Sequence record: SRR2962707_660
DNA length: 20,593 bases
Strand: one strand, 5' to 3'
Below, in pieces: positions 1 to 8,191 of the stretch (within the stretch, counting starts at the first letter, position 1; every line of letters starts with the position of its first letter). Below the pieces are notes generated by a model. The model searched no databases. It was given only the letters and a program-made list of their open reading frames with translations, and was not told where the DNA came from. Position numbers and translations under genes: made by a program.

Positions 1-33
1 GGCTTCGCTTTCACGGAGACGATCCCGGCCTGA
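1..33 (+). CDS. 3' end of an upstream CDS, truncated by the window edge (...GFAFTETIPA*)
   Basis: Frame 1 reads GGC TTC GCT TTC ACG GAG ACG ATC CCG GCC TGA, with mostly G/C-ending codons. Too short to assign a product. Confidence 0.45.
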   Translation, partial: GFAFTETIPA

Positions 34-156
34 GGGCGGGCGCCCTGTTCAGGCCCGCAAACAGGCAGGAAACTTCAAAGACACCTGCGCACCAAGAGCA
101 GTCTTTCGCCCCCGCGCCTTGAGGTCTAATCTCCCCCGCAATAGTGGAGGGAAGCC

Positions 157-432
157 ATGAGCGACGCGGTTGGGCCCGGCGATCTTGTTCTTTGCGTCAA
201 TGCCGCCCCGAACCATGTGACGGGCCAGCCTGTGCCGTTGCAGGCGGGCGAGACCTATCGTGTTCTCGACGTTCTGGAATTTGCCTGCCCGTGCGGGCGC
301 TCCGATGCGCTGCTCGATGTGGGCGTCGATTTCGCGTGGTGCCAGTCGCGCTTTCGTCTTCTGCCGAAACCCAAAATGGAGGCGAAGCCCCGGCGCGCGT
401 CGGTACCGAAGGAAAAAGAGACCGTCAGGTGA
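157..432 (+). CDS. Small hypothetical protein (91 aa) with an SH3-like pattern, four Cys and a basic C-terminal tail
   Basis: GGAGGG RBS at 146-151 before ATG 157. Pattern GPGDLVLCVNA...LQAGETYRVLDV...FAWCQSRFRLL. Codon usage is host-like. Confidence 0.7.
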   Translation: MSDAVGPGDLVLCVNAAPNHVTGQPVPLQAGETYRVLDVLEFACPCGRSDALLDVGVDFAWCQSRFRLLPKPKMEAKPRRASVPKEKETVR

Positions 433-481
433 ACGGCCGGGCCAAGGGTGCCAGGAGCCGTCGCGAACGCGATCATCCGAT

Positions 482-510
482 AAAAAAGGCCGGGCATCGC
501 TGCCCGGCCT
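482..510 (-). terminator. Rho-independent terminator of the Slam/cargo operon
   Basis: Minus strand reads AGGCCGGGCA-GCGA-TGCCCGGCCT-TTTTT: a perfect 10-bp stem, a GNRA loop and a U-tract, 30 bp after the stop at 541. Confidence 0.85.
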
Positions 511-540
511 GAAGTTTGAGTCTCATCCCGAGGGAGGGGA

Positions 541-2889
541 TCAGTTGAGCGTCTGCGTGAAGACGCCGTTGCCGGTGATGCCGGCATTGCCGAAGCCGAT
601 CAGGTAACCGATGCCAATGGTCTTGCCGCCCTGGCCGAAGGCCTGGCCGCTCATCGAGGCATTGCAGCTACCGGGGTTCGGGCAGGCCGCGCCGGTGCCC
701 GCGCCGTCCGCCGTGAAGGTGACGGGAAGCGAGCCGCCAAAGCTGCCATCGACGCCCATCGTGAACTCCGAACTTGCCGGATTGGCGGCGCCGCCCGTCG
801 TGACGAGGTGGTAGACGGCGTCGCCCGCCATCGCCACGTCGAGATCGGTGCCGATCTTCGTCGCACCGGCGCCGCCCCACGCGACGGTCATCGCGCCGGT
901 GAGCGTACCGGGAGCCGAACGTCCGTCATTGAAGACGGGCGCGCTGTAGCCGGCAAGTTCGTACTCCGCCGAGCCGGTGGTGGGAAGGTCGGACGCCGGG
1001 TTGCCCACCATCCAGTGCATGCCCTTGTTGCCGGAAAGGTCCGCGCTGACATAGCCGTTGAAGGAGCCGGTGCCGCCCGTTTCGCCACCAGTCCAGCGGC
1101 CCCACATGGCGTCGTCGGAGCGGCCGAGTTCGGCCATGCCGTTGGTACCGATATTGGGCGTCGATTCCGACCCGACATTGGTGCGGACCTGGTAGCTGAT
1201 GAGCTCGCCATTCTCGCCGAACACCGCCGCCTTGTCGGTATAGGTGGCATTGCTGCCTTGCTTGGTGACGAGCGCCGTGTAGTTGCCGTCGGCGAAAGGC
1301 GTGTCGAGCGGATCGGACAGGGACGCGACTTCCGCGCCGTTCGTGGTGAAGGCGGCCGAGCCGGTGATGGCCTGCGACAGATAAGCGCTCTGCCAGATCA
1401 TGTAGTTGAGCGCGGCAGACGAGCCGCCTTCGCCTGAAACGAAACCGTAGAGCGAGAAGAAGCAGCTCCCGTTTGACGGGCAGCTACGGCCACCATCGTC
1501 GATGGTGAAGGTGCCCATGCCGGTCTTGATGATGCTGTTCGTCGGATAGGCCGCACCCGTCGTGTAGACCACGAAGGGCGAGAGATGCGGCGTCGTAAGC
1601 CCGCCCGGCGTCTGCACGAGATAGATGTGGTCGTCCGGCATGTCGATCGCGAGATCGAGGCCGACATTCGGCATGCCGCCGCCATAGCCGATGGACATGC
1701 CGCCGGTGAGTGTCCCCGGCAAGCCGCCGCCATCGGCGAAGGTCGGCGCTGTCGCCGCCGCGAGATCGTAATAGGCGATGCCGTAGGTCGGCAGGTTCAC
1801 CGCCGCCGTGCCGACGGCGTAGTGATAGCCATCGACCAGCGGATCGAGTTGCTTCGCGAGATAGCCGGTTGTCGTGCCATCGTTCCAGCGGCCGATTGTG
1901 ACGTCCTCGTTGCCCCAGAGTTCGGCGACCGAGGCCGTTCCGCGATCCGATCCGTCCCCGCCGGTGTAAAGGTTGACGAAGGATTCGAGGGCACCGTCTT
2001 CATCGAGTTCGATGGTCGAGGTGTCGACAAAGCCACCGTTGAACGCGACGAGATAAGGCCCGTCGCCGAGCGGCGCTTCGATCTCGCCGCTGGAGGAAGG
2101 CGGCGGCGGATCGCCCGGCGTGTAGGAGCCTTGCGTAAAGACCGCCGTGCCGGAAATCCGCTTGCCGCGATGGTACTGATCGCTCGGCACCGAGAAATCG
2201 ATGATCTGATAGGCGACACCGACATCCTCGCCCTCGTCGCCGGCGAAGAGGCCGTAGACGATAGCCTGGCAGCCGGAAGAGGGACACGCGGCGCCGCCCT
2301 GCGCGACCTCGATATTGCTGAGGCTGAAGACCCCGCGCGGCGCATTCAGGCTGGCGAGCCCGGAAGGCGCCGCCGCGCCGCCCGCCGTCAGGATCGAATA
2401 GACATGGTCGCCCGGCATGTCGATCGTGAAGTCGATGCCTACTTTGAAGATGGGGCCGAACAGAACGCCAAACTCGCCGGTAAAGGTGCCGGGTGCGAAG
2501 CTGCCATCGTCGATGGTCGGGCTCGTTGCCCCGACGAGATCATAGGTCGCCAGCCCGCCCGTCGGAATGTCGCCCTGCGCGGTCGGCTGTCCGTATACGG
2601 AGTGGAAACCCTGATAGCTGGTGCGGCCGAGCTCGGCGGTGGTCGTACCGTTGAAGCTGTTGTAGTAGTTGCCGTGCGTCTCGCCACCCGCCCAGCGCTC
2701 GATGAAGACGTTGCCGTTCGAGTTGGCGCGTTCGAGCGAGTTGTTGGAGTTGCGTTCGAGGTCTTCGTTCGCGCCGTCGCCGACCTTGTAGCGGTTGAGT
2801 TCGCCCTCCGCGCCGGTGGTGACGGTGACGTCGTAGCGCATGTCGATGCCGATCGCGTCGGCCGCATAGGCGATGACATAGCCCGTGTC
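541..2889 (-). repeat. Three diverged intragenic ~250-aa repeats (nt 2128-2889, 1342-2064, 541-1290; aa ~230-483, 505-745, 763-1011)
   Basis: Aligned by eye: ERWAGG/GRWNDG/GRWTGG; GFHSVYG/GYHYAVG/GMHWMVG; IPTGGLATYDL/LPTYGIAYYDL/LPTTGSAEYEL; DMPGDHVY/DMPDDHIY/AMAGDAVY; CPSSGC/CPSNGSC/CPNPGSC; ISGTAVFT/ITGSAAFT/ITGNGVFT. Confidence 0.9.
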
Positions 2890-3576
2890 CTCGTCGCCCG
2901 TGACGGGCACGACGACGCCGGTGACGGGCGGTGTTCCACCGTATTTCGGGCCGCCGGAACCGCCCGCGGCCTCCTCGACGATTTTGGAGCCTTCCGAGCC
3001 CTGGTCATCGGCGGGCGAATAATTCGTATCGTCCGGCCCCGGTTGCGTCATTTGCGTCGTGTTGACCGGCGGCGGCGTGAAGGTGCCCGCAATCGTGGTC
3101 TCGCTTGCTTCATAGCCCTGACCGGCTGCGAAGTCGCGGCTACCCGACCCGTTCGCTACGGTCGCCGTGCCCTGATTGACGCGGCCGGCAAGCCCGCCAT
3201 CCTCGCCCTCGAAGGCCGAGAAGGCCCCGCCTGTCGTGGAGATCGTGACGCCGCCCTTGGAAATCGAGATCGGCGTGCCGTTGGAGGAAACGCGCATCGC
3301 ACCCGAGACGAGTTCAAACGAAATGTTGTCGCCCTCGCCCGTCAGCGTGAAGACGGAGCCGGGTTCGATGGTGATGATGCTGCCATCGGGCGCCTCAAGC
3401 TGGAGCAGTGTGGTCGCGGTGACGGTCTGGCCGGGCTCGATGTTAGCGGCAGAAGCGCCGTCGACGCTTGCCCCGCCGAACAATACCGGCAGCGCCATCG
3501 CGCCACCCGCCGAAAGGGAAAGAACTGCCGCCAGCGCCGTGGTTGCCAGAAGCCTGTTGAAAGAAATGCTTTTCAT
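541..3576 (-). CDS. Large secreted protein (1011 aa): Sec signal peptide, FecR-like domain and three tandem TbpB/hemophilin-like handle+beta-barrel repeats; putative Slam/T11SS cargo
   Basis: AAGGAG RBS. Signal peptide MKSISFNRLLATTALAAVLSLSAGGAMA has no lipobox Cys. FecR-like motifs PDGSIITIEPGS, ELVSG and RVNQGTATV (aa ~46-160). Three repeats share RWxxG, GxHxxxG, PTxGxAxYxL, PGTxTG, CPx3-4C and a terminal I(S/T)GxxxFT. Lies 17 bp downstream of the Slam-like gene. Confidence 0.85.
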   Translation of the reverse strand: MKSISFNRLLATTALAAVLSLSAGGAMALPVLFGGASVDGASAANIEPGQTVTATTLLQLEAPDGSIITIEPGSVFTLTGEGDNISFELVSGAMRVSSNGTPISISKGGVTISTTGGAFSAFEGEDGGLAGRVNQGTATVANGSGSRDFAAGQGYEASETTIAGTFTPPPVNTTQMTQPGPDDTNYSPADDQGSEGSKIVEEAAGGSGGPKYGGTPPVTGVVVPVTGDEDTGYVIAYAADAIGIDMRYDVTVTTGAEGELNRYKVGDGANEDLERNSNNSLERANSNGNVFIERWAGGETHGNYYNSFNGTTTAELGRTSYQGFHSVYGQPTAQGDIPTGGLATYDLVGATSPTIDDGSFAPGTFTGEFGVLFGPIFKVGIDFTIDMPGDHVYSILTAGGAAAPSGLASLNAPRGVFSLSNIEVAQGGAACPSSGCQAIVYGLFAGDEGEDVGVAYQIIDFSVPSDQYHRGKRISGTAVFTQGSYTPGDPPPPSSSGEIEAPLGDGPYLVAFNGGFVDTSTIELDEDGALESFVNLYTGGDGSDRGTASVAELWGNEDVTIGRWNDGTTTGYLAKQLDPLVDGYHYAVGTAAVNLPTYGIAYYDLAAATAPTFADGGGLPGTLTGGMSIGYGGGMPNVGLDLAIDMPDDHIYLVQTPGGLTTPHLSPFVVYTTGAAYPTNSIIKTGMGTFTIDDGGRSCPSNGSCFFSLYGFVSGEGGSSAALNYMIWQSAYLSQAITGSAAFTTNGAEVASLSDPLDTPFADGNYTALVTKQGSNATYTDKAAVFGENGELISYQVRTNVGSESTPNIGTNGMAELGRSDDAMWGRWTGGETGGTGSFNGYVSADLSGNKGMHWMVGNPASDLPTTGSAEYELAGYSAPVFNDGRSAPGTLTGAMTVAWGGAGATKIGTDLDVAMAGDAVYHLVTTGGAANPASSEFTMGVDGSFGGSLPVTFTADGAGTGAACPNPGSCNASMSGQAFGQGGKTIGIGYLIGFGNAGITGNGVFTQTLN

Positions 3577-3593
3577 GGGGATGGCTCCTTGGA

Positions 3594-4967
3594 TCAGAAA
3601 TCGAGACTGAGGGAGACGGAAGCGACGACGCGGTCGTACTCGTAGAGCACGATGTTGCTGTCGGAGCGCGTATAGGCGACTTCGCCGCCAAGGGTGAGAT
3701 CGTCGCGCAGCGAATACCGAAGTCCCGCCGACGCATCCGCCCGCACCACCGAACGTTCTTCGAGGAAGAGGGGATCGGGTTCCTCATATTCGGAGACTTC
3801 GATCGCGGCGACGGCGTAACCGCGCAGGCGCGGCATCAGCGTGAGTTCGCCACCGACCCGCAGCCCCCCAAAGACATAGGAGAGATGGTCGAAGGTGCTG
3901 TCGGTGAGCTTTTCGTAGCCCGCATAAGCACCGCCATAGACGTAAGGCTCGCTCGACCCGCCGAGCGACTGGCCGAGGGTGGCGCCCGCCGTGTAGCGGT
4001 TCGCGTTCTGGACGCTGTTCTTCGGATAATTGAGCTTCGCGTATTGGAGATAGACGGCGTAATCGGTCATGCCCGCCGTGCGATAGGTCCACTGGCCGAG
4101 AGCGCCGTAAGTGTAGCGATAGGCTTCATCATCGACCCAGTAGGACTGGATCTGCGCCGAAAGCGCGAAGGTGCCGTGATCCGGCGTGCGCTGCGCGATG
4201 CCGATATTGATGCCCGCAAGGCCCTGGTTGAACTGATCGAAATCCTCGTTCGCGCGGTAGGAGGCATTGAGGTCGACCAGAAGCTGCCGGTCGATCGACA
4301 GGCCATGGGTGAGTGAGGTGCGGCCCGAGACTTCGCCGAAGAAATCTTCTTCCGACGTGGCGCCCGCGCCGAGCGTCGCGAAACCGAGACCGGCGAAGGC
4401 CGGGATCAGGATACGGCTGTCGCTCGTCGAATTGTTGACGTTGGTGTCGTAGCCTGCCTTGAGCGTGACGCGGTTTTCGATGGTCGTGCCGCCGCCCGAA
4501 AGCCCGGTATCAAGCGCCGCGACATAGCGGTCGATGGTGGCGCGCACGCTGTCCGGCACGCCGGGCTGGCCTTCGACGGTGGCGAGTTCGCGGCGCGCGG
4601 CTTCGGGCTCGTTCATGGCGATATAGGCGCGGCCGAGTTCCGCGCGGGCCTGAAGGTGGGAGGGGTCGACAGCGAGCACGCGCTCGAAAGCGGCGACCGC
4701 TTCCGCCGGGCGGCCTGAATCGATGGCCGCAATGCCGAGCGTGTAGTCGAATTCGGGATTGCCAGCGCGGGCACGCTCTTCGGGTTTCAGAATCTGATAG
4801 GCGCCTGCGGCATCGCCCGCGCCGAGCTTCTGCTGCGCCTCCTCGACGGAACCCGCCGTCGCCGCACCCGCCGCCGCGAGCGCCAGCGCGCCCGCGAGAA
4901 CAAGCGGCCTGATCCGGCTTTGCCCGAATTGAAATAGCGGCCTCGCGGCCCCCCGTGTCACCCTCAT
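3594..4967 (-). CDS. TPR + outer-membrane beta-barrel protein, Slam / DUF560 (type XI secretion) family, ~457 aa
   Basis: Likely start at ATG 4967 (GGGGTGA RBS-like), followed by a signal peptide. TPR segment PEFDYTLGIAAIDSGRPAEAVAAFERVLAVDPSHLQARAELGRAY. Barrel opens with AGYDTNVN, has a late SNIVLYEYDR motif and a C-terminal beta-signal VSLSLDF. Confidence 0.85.
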   Translation of the reverse strand: MRVTRGAARPLFQFGQSRIRPLVLAGALALAAAGAATAGSVEEAQQKLGAGDAAGAYQILKPEERARAGNPEFDYTLGIAAIDSGRPAEAVAAFERVLAVDPSHLQARAELGRAYIAMNEPEAARRELATVEGQPGVPDSVRATIDRYVAALDTGLSGGGTTIENRVTLKAGYDTNVNNSTSDSRILIPAFAGLGFATLGAGATSEEDFFGEVSGRTSLTHGLSIDRQLLVDLNASYRANEDFDQFNQGLAGINIGIAQRTPDHGTFALSAQIQSYWVDDEAYRYTYGALGQWTYRTAGMTDYAVYLQYAKLNYPKNSVQNANRYTAGATLGQSLGGSSEPYVYGGAYAGYEKLTDSTFDHLSYVFGGLRVGGELTLMPRLRGYAVAAIEVSEYEEPDPLFLEERSVVRADASAGLRYSLRDDLTLGGEVAYTRSDSNIVLYEYDRVVASVSLSLDF

Positions 4968-5167
4968 CGCTTCACCCCGTTTTATGCACGTGCAACAGAC
5001 CCGATCCGCCGATGGCCGATGAATCGGACGCGCGATTCCCGCGCTTTCGAGGCGAGAGTAGGGAGAGGGGGCGGCAGCCCGCATGACCCAATTGGACTAA
5101 GGCGCGCTTCCGGGAGCGGTTTGGGGGCGCAAAAGAGCGGAAGCTGGGCTAAGTTCGCGGGCGCGGA

Positions 5168-5182
5168 GACATATATAATGTC
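5168..5182. promoter_or_regulatory. AT-rich inverted repeat GACAT-ATATA-ATGTC containing a perfect TATAAT (5174-5179); candidate gmhA -10 element or operator
   Basis: Directly visible AT island in the GC-rich divergent intergenic region, ~30 bp upstream of the gmhA start. No clear -35. Confidence 0.45.
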
Positions 5183-5211
5183 CACCATCACGAGACGCGG
5201 AGACGCACCCC

Positions 5212-5790
5212 TTGGGCGCACATGACATTTTCCGGGCTGCTTTCGACGAACACCACAGGGTGGCGCACGAAACAGCGAAGAAACTCGAAGACGATTTCGC
5301 GAGCCTCGCGGCTGCCTGTTCGGAAGCGGTGGCGGGCGGCGGCAAGCTGCTCTTCTTCGGCAATGGCGGCAGCGCGGCCGACGCGCAGCACATCGCGGCG
5401 GAACTTTCGGTGCGTTATGTGAAGGATCGCCCGGCGATTGCGGCGATTGCGCTGACGACCGACACATCGGTGCTGACGGCGGCGGCGAACGACATGGGCT
5501 ATGAGCGCGTGTTCGAGCGGCAGGTGGAGGCGCTGGGACGGCGCGGCGACCTCGCCATCGGCATTTCGACTTCGGGCAAAAGCCGCAATGTCGTGCTGGG
5601 CCTTGAAGCGGCGCGCAAACAGGGCCTCGTAACGGCGGCCTTCGCGGGCGCGGACCCGAATCTGATGGCCGGACTTGCCGACCACATTCTCTGCGTGCCG
5701 TCGACCACGACCGCGCGCATCCAGGAAATGCACATCACGCTCGGCCACATGCTCTGCGCGGCCATCGAGACGCAGCTCGGCTACGTCTGA
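5212..5790 (+). CDS. gmhA: Phosphoheptose isomerase (sedoheptulose-7-phosphate isomerase)
   Basis: Motifs FFGNGGSAADAQHIAAEL, ALTTDTSVLTAAANDMGYERVFERQVEALG, ISTSGKS and TARIQEMHITLGH. TTG start with GGAGA RBS. Confidence 0.95.
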   Translation: MGAHDIFRAAFDEHHRVAHETAKKLEDDFASLAAACSEAVAGGGKLLFFGNGGSAADAQHIAAELSVRYVKDRPAIAAIALTTDTSVLTAAANDMGYERVFERQVEALGRRGDLAIGISTSGKSRNVVLGLEAARKQGLVTAAFAGADPNLMAGLADHILCVPSTTTARIQEMHITLGHMLCAAIETQLGYV

Positions 5791-6611
5791 ACGCCGGCGA
5801 GCAGCGTGAGCGCAACGGGTCCGAGCATGATTGCGTTGTAGGACATGTGAAGAATCGCCGCAGCCCGCAGTGACCCGGCCCATCCGGCAGCCATCGCCAA
5901 AAGCACCCCGACAAGGAACAGTAGTCCGGTGATCACCCACGCCGCTACGCCGGTTAAAATGAACAGATGGCCGTGGATCAGCGAAAACAGACATGACGAA
6001 ACGACAACTGCAGCCGCAATTGGCAAATGACGCTTCAGAACTCGCAGCATGATGCCGCGGAAATAAATCTCCTCGGCGAGCGGTGCCATGACGATGGCCA
6101 GAATCAACAGCAGGACAATTGCCAGAGGATCGGACGGTATGAGACGCAGTTCCTGCTCCTCGAATTGCCTTTGAGCATCCGCCGGCATAATCGACATGAG
6201 ATAGAGGACCGCGAGCGCGGTCACGACGCCGACGACAACCGCAAGCACTTCAGCTTGCCAGCCGATTGGCGCGAAGTAGGCTTTCGAGATGGATCTTCCC
6301 CGGAAGTAGAAAAGCATTATCGCCATCAGAATGACGATCACATAAAGGAAGATCATCAGCGCCTGGCCGACATATTCCTTTCCGGCCCAAATCAAGAGGA
6401 TGTCCTGCAAGTTGTCCGGCGCTACGCCCCGGCTGAGGGCGATGAGGCCAAGCACAAACCCAAGAACGACCATCAATCCTGCCGTCATGGCGATGGCGAC
6501 AACCGGTACAAGGAACAAGTCCCACCAGCGCTCCGGCGGGCGCGGCGCGGGCACAGGCTCCGCAAATTCGGGATGATCGCGCGGCTCCGCGTCCGGGCCC
6601 CAGACCACCAT
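5781..6611 (-). CDS. CPBP family (CAAX/Abi) intramembrane glutamic endopeptidase, ~276 aa
   Basis: Motifs LAEEIYFRG, FSLIH and HMSYN, with multiple TM helices. Start at ATG 6611, 5 bp after the hldE stop. 3' end overlaps the convergent gmhA by 10 bp. Confidence 0.9.
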   Translation of the reverse strand: MVVWGPDAEPRDHPEFAEPVPAPRPPERWWDLFLVPVVAIAMTAGLMVVLGFVLGLIALSRGVAPDNLQDILLIWAGKEYVGQALMIFLYVIVILMAIMLFYFRGRSISKAYFAPIGWQAEVLAVVVGVVTALAVLYLMSIMPADAQRQFEEQELRLIPSDPLAIVLLLILAIVMAPLAEEIYFRGIMLRVLKRHLPIAAAVVVSSCLFSLIHGHLFILTGVAAWVITGLLFLVGVLLAMAAGWAGSLRAAAILHMSYNAIMLGPVALTLLAGVQT

Positions 6612-6616
6612 GAGGC

Positions 6617-8089
6617 TCAGCGCCCGAGACGGGCGATGGTGCCCGTGGTGCTGAAGCCCGGCACGATGTCGACGATCTCGACGCGGCCGCCATTCGCCTG
6701 CACGAAATCCGCGCCGACGATTTCCGATACCTTGTAGTCGCCGCCCTTCACGAGGAGATCGGGACGCAGCGCCTCGATCAATCGCGCGGGCGTGTCTTCC
6801 TCGAAGACGACGACGAGATCGACGGACTGCAGCGCCGCAAGCACTGTCGCGCGTGCGATATCGGGCTGCACGGGGCGGCCCTCGCCCTTGAGACGCTTGA
6901 CCGAGGCATCGCTGTTCAAACCAACGACGAGCCGGTCGCAAAGCGCGCGCGACTTGTCGAGCAGCGTGACGTGGCCGGGATGCAGCAGATCGAAGCAGCC
7001 ATTGGTGAAGCCGACGCTGAGCCCGCGCGCGCGCCAGCCCTCCACGATATCGCGCGCGGCATCGAGGCCCGCGACTTTCGCTTCCAGCGCCGAGAGCTCG
7101 CGCTCGCGAAGTTTCGCTGCAAGTTCTTGCGCATGAACAACCGCAGTACCGACCTTGCCGACGACGATGCCGGCGGCGGAATTGGCCAGCGCGGCGGCTT
7201 GCGGCAGAGAAAGCCCGCTGCCAAGCGCGGCGGCGAGCGTGGAGACGACCGTGTCGCCCGCGCCGGAAACATCGAACACTTCGCGCGCTTCGGCTTTCAG
7301 ATGCGTGACGTCTTTGGCTGTAACGACGCTCATGCCCGCCTGCGCGCGCGTGACAACGACAGCGCCGATGCCGTGCGCGACGATGAGCGCGCGCGCGGCG
7401 GCAACGATCTCCTCGTCGCTATCGACCAGAAGCCCCGTCGCCTCGCCGAGTTCCTTGCGGTTCGGCGTCACGACATCCGCTTTCGCATAGCGCGCGTAGT
7501 CGCGGCCCTTCGGATCGATCACGACGGGAAGGCCCTTCGCGCGCGCAGCGGCGATGGCGGCGGCGAGCACGGCGGGCGTGAGTACGCCCTTGCCATAGTC
7601 GGAGAGGACGAGCACGTCCTTCTGCCCAAGGGCTGCGGTGAGCGCGGCGATGAATTTTTCCGATGGAGCGGCACCGAGCGGTAAGCTCGTCTCGCGGTCG
7701 ACGCGAAGCACCTGCTGACCCATCGCGACGAAGCGCATCTTCACCGTCGTCTCGCGGCCGGGAACGACGGTGAGCGAGGAGGCGACGGCTTCGGCATCGA
7801 GCGCGGCCTTCAGTTCCACGCCCGCCTCATCGTCGCCGACCACGGAAAGGAAATCGACCCTGGCGCCGAGCGCGGCGAGATTGCGCGCGACATTGCCCGC
7901 GCCGCCCGGCATCGCCTTCTCGTCGCCGACGCGCAGCACCGGGATCGGTGCTTCGGGCGAAATGCGGCTGACCTCGCCATAGACGAAGCGGTCGAGCATG
8001 ACGTCGCCCGCAAGCGCCACGCGGGCACGCGCCAACCCCTCCACCAGCGCCTGAATATCCGGGCCGTTCGCGGTCTCTTTATCGGTCAT
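6617..8089 (-). CDS. hldE: Bifunctional heptose-7-phosphate kinase / heptose-1-phosphate adenylyltransferase
   Basis: PfkB kinase motifs [28 protein letters not shown] and DVSGAGDTV. Nucleotidyltransferase motifs [26 protein letters not shown] and GFSTT. Confidence 0.96.
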   Translation of the reverse strand: MTDKETANGPDIQALVEGLARARVALAGDVMLDRFVYGEVSRISPEAPIPVLRVGDEKAMPGGAGNVARNLAALGARVDFLSVVGDDEAGVELKAALDAEAVASSLTVVPGRETTVKMRFVAMGQQVLRVDRETSLPLGAAPSEKFIAALTAALGQKDVLVLSDYGKGVLTPAVLAAAIAAARAKGLPVVIDPKGRDYARYAKADVVTPNRKELGEATGLLVDSDEEIVAAARALIVAHGIGAVVVTRAQAGMSVVTAKDVTHLKAEAREVFDVSGAGDTVVSTLAAALGSGLSLPQAAALANSAAGIVVGKVGTAVVHAQELAAKLRERELSALEAKVAGLDAARDIVEGWRARGLSVGFTNGCFDLLHPGHVTLLDKSRALCDRLVVGLNSDASVKRLKGEGRPVQPDIARATVLAALQSVDLVVVFEEDTPARLIEALRPDLLVKGGDYKVSEIVGADFVQANGGRVEIVDIVPGFSTTGTIARLGR

Positions 8090-8191
8090 TCACTGGTCCC
8101 GGATCGTGCGGTTTGTGTCATGGTGGCGGAAAGCGGCTCAAGATAGCGTAAAAATGCCGCCCTGTTCCGGCCCGATGCTGAAGCTCGCCTC

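Noticed and set aside
144-607. Alternative ORFs 144-512, 255-587 and 260-607
   Set aside because: They overlap the RBS-supported 157-432 ORF and run through the terminator, with unstructured Arg/Pro-rich translations.
1585-3645. 686-aa plus-strand ORF, and similar long antisense ORFs at 10677-12482, 12656-13699, 17715-18905 and 18722-20119
   Set aside because: Shadow ORFs opposite well-supported genes. They are Arg-rich, have no motifs and are expected in high-GC DNA.
4968-5084. N-terminal extensions given by the ORF track (Slam from 5084, CPBP from 6941, rhomboid from 9941, ctaG from 10867, 13540-15030, SemiSWEET from 18003)
   Set aside because: They extend into intergenic DNA or neighbouring genes. 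Downstream starts fit the RBS, signal peptide or family N-terminus better.
5160-5190. AT-rich palindrome as a dif site, NrdR box or Fur box
   Set aside because: It does not fit the XerC/XerD arm structure or the NrdR/Fur consensus well enough, so it is kept only as an unassigned motif.
6617-6670. HldE C-terminal STT motif as a possible marker of CDP/UDP-heptose synthesis
   Set aside because: As I recall, that subgroup has Arg just before STT. Here the motif is IVPGFSTT, so an ordinary ADP-heptose enzyme is the simpler reading.
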